Shown in pieces: positions 60,664 to 64,000 of a DNA stretch of 64,000 bases. The position numbers and the translations under genes are program-made. The DNA lies in assembly GCA_965645245.1 (NCBI GenBank), contig OZ287080.1, forward strand, positions 1,488,001 through 1,552,000, in the 5' to 3' direction. Under the pieces are notes generated by a model that ran no database searches, was not told the origin of the DNA, and worked only from the letters and a program-made list of their open reading frames with translations. Each line of letters starts with the position of its first letter. The first letter of the stretch is position 1. This DNA is from Massalongia carnosa. Its lineage: Eukaryota.

Positions 60664-61850
60664 ATGGATTTCGCAGCTTTAATGTCCAAAGAGATTTCTA
60701 AAACCCGGTCCCTGCAACCCCCCCTAACAAACCCCTCGCCCTCAAAAAAATACCTCAAACGTGCTGACCTCGAGGCCCAACGCCAAGAAACCTACATCCG
60801 CGACCAGCAAGCCCTCCACCATGACCGCGAAGTTAAACTTGAAAAAAAGCATAAACTGGACGAAGAAGAACACCTTCGCGCGCGAGAACGGGACGAGAAG
60901 CGCCGACGTCTAGCCGAGGAATCCCGCATCCGGAGGGAGGAGGAGGAGGAGAAAAAAGAGCGAGCACGACGGAAACGCCTCGGGCTTCCCGACCTGCCGC
61001 CTAAAAACCTGAATGGAGACTCCGAGGGTACCCTGCTCCCAGAAGACCAAGAGGACATTCCCGAGAAGGAGCTCTTCGCTAAGCTACGAGCCCTTCGTGA
61101 ACCCGCCATCCTCTTTGGCGAAACCCACAAGCAGCGGCTCCGGCGCTACACCCGTCTGACAGCCCCGGCCCCTCCCCCACCCCCGTCTCAAACCTCCGGC
61201 CCTATCCCCACCACCCTCGCGCTCGTTCCCGAAGCGGAGATGAAAGTTGCCCCAACCGTCCCGCGCTCCCCGGAAGCCCGGCAGTTCCTGTTCCGCCAGC
61301 TGGCCTCGTACTTCACCATGGTGCTAACGGAGTGGGCGCGCGCGCTGGCGCAGCGGCCGGACGCGGTCAAGCAGAGCTTTCAAGGCAAGGCGGCGTACAC
61401 CGCCATGGTGCAGTCGCGCGACAACATGCGGCCGCTGTTCAGAAAATTCGAGAAGGGCGAGCTGGAAGACGGTATCCTGGAGCCGGTGGTGGAAATTGTG
61501 CACGCGAGTCAGGAGCGGCGCTACGTCGACGCCAACGACGGCTATTTACGGCTCAGCATTGGAAAAGCGTAAGCTCCCCTTCCCTCCCCCTTCCACCTAT
61601 TAACATCCCCACCCCAACTAACTTTTCTCCCCTTTCCCCTTCCCCCCCCAACAGCGCATGGCCCATCGGCGTCACCATGGTGGGCATCCACGAGCGGTCG
61701 GCGCGCGAGAAACTCCACGAGAGTGACAAGGGCCAGGCGCACATCATGAGCGACGAGGTCACGCGCAAGTTCCTGCAGAGCATCAAGCGCTGCTTGAGCT
61801 TCGCGCAGACGCGATGGCCGCCGGAAGATGGGATGCAGCTTATGGGGTGA
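60664..61850 (+). CDS. PRP18: Pre-mRNA splicing factor Prp18; intron 61569-61654
   Basis: MDFAALMSKEI, LREPAILFGET (PRP4-like), ANDGYLRLSIGKA|AWPIGVTMVGIHERSAREK, AHIMSDEVTRKFLQSIKR. Confidence 0.97.
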
Positions 61851-62344
61851 AGACTAATTTTGGGGGGGGGGGCGGATGATAGAAAGGGATTGGGAATGAG
61901 AATGGAAGATCTGGGTTCGATCCTTGGGTTTAGGGTAATTTGCGCTGGTGAAGAACGGGAAATCACCCACCCCATCATCACCACCATCATTATCATCTCA
62001 AACATCAGTCATTAATCGTCAAACACCACACACAAGCCATGTAGGCCCCCCCTTACCTATCCTCAAACCCTCACCCCCAGGGGCGCGGTAGGTATACCTA
62101 TCTTTAGGGATACCTGTTATGTCCGGCTAATTCGTTCGGTGCTTCGTCATCGCGGCGTTTTATCTTTGCTCGTCGGGCTGACCAGTTGGAGCAATTGACT
62201 GATTGGGTGATTTTGTTCAACATTCAGCCAGGCTTGCTACTTCTACAGTTACATATCGGGCCCGTAGTTCCTCAACCCCCCCCCCCCCCCTTCGTCCTGG
62301 AATACCTAACCCCGCCCTGATTCACCCATGCATTAGCCGATCCT

Positions 62345-64000
62345 CTAATCCTTGCATCCCACTCCCCTCCTTCGTGCTTCTCGCACCGCGATCAAACACC
62401 TTCCCACAGCCTCCAAATCGCCCAAAAGCCCCACGTGCCCCCTTTCCGTTCTCACCCTCCCTCCCTTGGTGCACTCGTATCCAACGGGCAACATGGCTGC
62501 TTTGGCTAAACACACCCCATCGCCGCTGCCAAAGGCCAGGTCGTCGTAGGCATCCGCCCGCCGGATGGCATCGCGTGACGAGACACGCGCGGCGAGCACG
62601 GTGGGCACCGAGGTCGAGTAGAGGATGGAGAGCGGTGGGTACTTGTTCTGGGCGGAGAGGGATGGTTGAAAGGCAAGTTCTTGTTTGAAGGCCAGAGTGG
62701 AGGCGAGGGTCCGGGTGAGGTAGGAGATAGCAGCAGGGAGTGGTATGGTGCAGTGGGTTGCAGCTGAGGCTGTGCGGGTGGAGGCGGTGATCTGGGGGTC
62801 GAAAGCGCGTGAGACGGGGTGGGCGATATCATCGAGTTTGGCGGCTGCGTTAGAAGCTGCAGTCCCGGTTTGTTCGAGGAGTTCCTTATAGTGGTCTCTA
62901 GATGAGTTGAATGGAAGAGAAACTCGCTTCATGGGCAACGGCAAGGAAGGTAAATTGTCCGAGACGGTTTCCAAAATGCCCTTCTTCTCAGGCTGATTGG
63001 CCGCGGCTAAAGTTGGTGCTATACACGGGGAGAAAGCATGTACTTTCCAGTCTTCCACGTTAAAAAAATCCACTGGATATTCGTCCTTGGTGTGTTTGTC
63101 GATGAAACATTTCCCGTCGTCCGGTAAGAGAAGAAAACTAGTGCGAAGTGTAAAGTTCACTTGCGGTGTGAGTACTCTCGAACTTAGAAGAACGTCGTCA
63201 CCTTTTCGTAGAGGACCGAGTATATTGATACAGTGTTGTGGTGTACCGGCGTACACGACGCTTGCAAAGAGCTCTGGCCTCTGGTTGACTGCATGCCTGG
63301 TTATTAATCCTCCCAGACTGTGCGCAATGACAGTGGCTCCTCTATCCTTCTTCGGCACACCTTGCGCATTTGATGGAAGCCTTTCCAGGAACGCAATGAG
63401 TTTCCGGCTTAAAAGATGAGGACTCAAGCGCCAGTCATATCCATAATCATGGACTCTCAGCTTCGCGCCTTGAACGTTTGGGCACCCGCGGAGGCGCTTG
63501 AGTAATCTCCTGCCCATATCTACAGGTCCGATGTGAGAAAGCATGCCAGAAGGTATGATGCTCTTTTCCATATTCTCTTCATCTTCCAGTGTCAAACCAA
63601 CCTCGAGGTTCACTTTACGGATGTTAAGGCCAACTTTGACAGGAACCCATAACTGACGATGTGGAGGCTTTGCAGATCGTAACACCGAGCCCCGATAACC
63701 GCCCATGATCACTATATCTCCAGTAAGCTGTTCTAGCGCTTGGTTAAGCTGAGAAATACTGGGTTTGGGGGATTTTTGGTTTGCAACGGAGCCATGGGAG
63801 CCAGATCCATTTGGTACACACGTCTGTGACCATCCTTCGCCACGGCCGCTATGTTTGGTGGCAACATTTAGGATCCCCTCTCCAACCGACGTCGGCTTTC
63901 TCAAGTCGCTCCAGGCTCGATTTCTCATGAAATCCGGACGAAGGCTGTTGAAGTTGATACTAGGCAGACTTGGTAAGCTAGGCAGCTTGATGGTAGAATC
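62345..64000 (-). CDS. Alpha/beta-hydrolase (LCAT/lipase-like, YJR098C-like) protein, 5' end beyond the window
   Basis: IVIMGGYRGSVL, YGYDWRLSP, nucleophile elbow AHSLGG, GDGV, HVGLLGD; frame is open to position 64000. Confidence 0.85.
   Translation of the reverse strand, partial: DSTIKLPSLPSLPSINFNSLRPDFMRNRAWSDLRKPTSVGEGILNVATKHSGRGEGWSQTCVPNGSGSHGSVANQKSPKPSISQLNQALEQLTGDIVIMGGYRGSVLRSAKPPHRQLWVPVKVGLNIRKVNLEVGLTLEDEENMEKSIIPSGMLSHIGPVDMGRRLLKRLRGCPNVQGAKLRVHDYGYDWRLSPHLLSRKLIAFLERLPSNAQGVPKKDRGATVIAHSLGGLITRHAVNQRPELFASVVYAGTPQHCINILGPLRKGDDVLLSSRVLTPQVNFTLRTSFLLLPDDGKCFIDKHTKDEYPVDFFNVEDWKVHAFSPCIAPTLAAANQPEKKGILETVSDNLPSLPLPMKRVSLPFNSSRDHYKELLEQTGTAASNAAAKLDDIAHPVSRAFDPQITASTRTASAATHCTIPLPAAISYLTRTLASTLAFKQELAFQPSLSAQNKYPPLSILYSTSVPTVLAARVSSRDAIRRADAYDDLAFGSGDGVCLAKAAMLPVGYECTKGGRVRTERGHVGLLGDLEAVGRCLIAVREARRRGVGCKD

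Overview
Eukaryotic (filamentous ascomycete, Pezizomycotina-type) nuclear DNA: short GT-AG introns with CTRAY-like branch sites, Pol III tRNA genes and Tc1/mariner-superfamily transposons. A lichen-forming lineage is possible but is only an inference. The first ~17 kb is an accessory, decayed zone: a P450 pseudogene cut by a Tigger/pogo relic, an intact QDE-2-like Argonaute, and a decayed unknown gene interrupted by a Fot1/pogo element. The rest is mostly housekeeping genes: Gtr2/RagC, a MAPR cytochrome b5 protein, RPS25, an F-box-like gene, an ADC-like gene, WRAP73-like WD40, tRNA-Lys, histidine acid phosphatase, a PPR protein, eIF2B-gamma, Pex22-like, Spt20, tRNA-Phe, a BrlA-like C2H2 factor, Swc5, a 4-TM protein, Prp18 and a lipase-like gene. 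Three Tc1-type elements are stacked at 35-38 kb. The most striking feature is a tRNA-Phe(GAA) gene (47570-47696, minus strand) whose D-loop is interrupted by a 54-nt insert with all the hallmarks of a spliceosomal intron (GTAAGA...GACTAAT...TTGCAG), and which has no canonical tRNA intron. An intact Tc1-like transposase with unusual DD41E spacing is also present. All calls come from manual reading; no searches were run.
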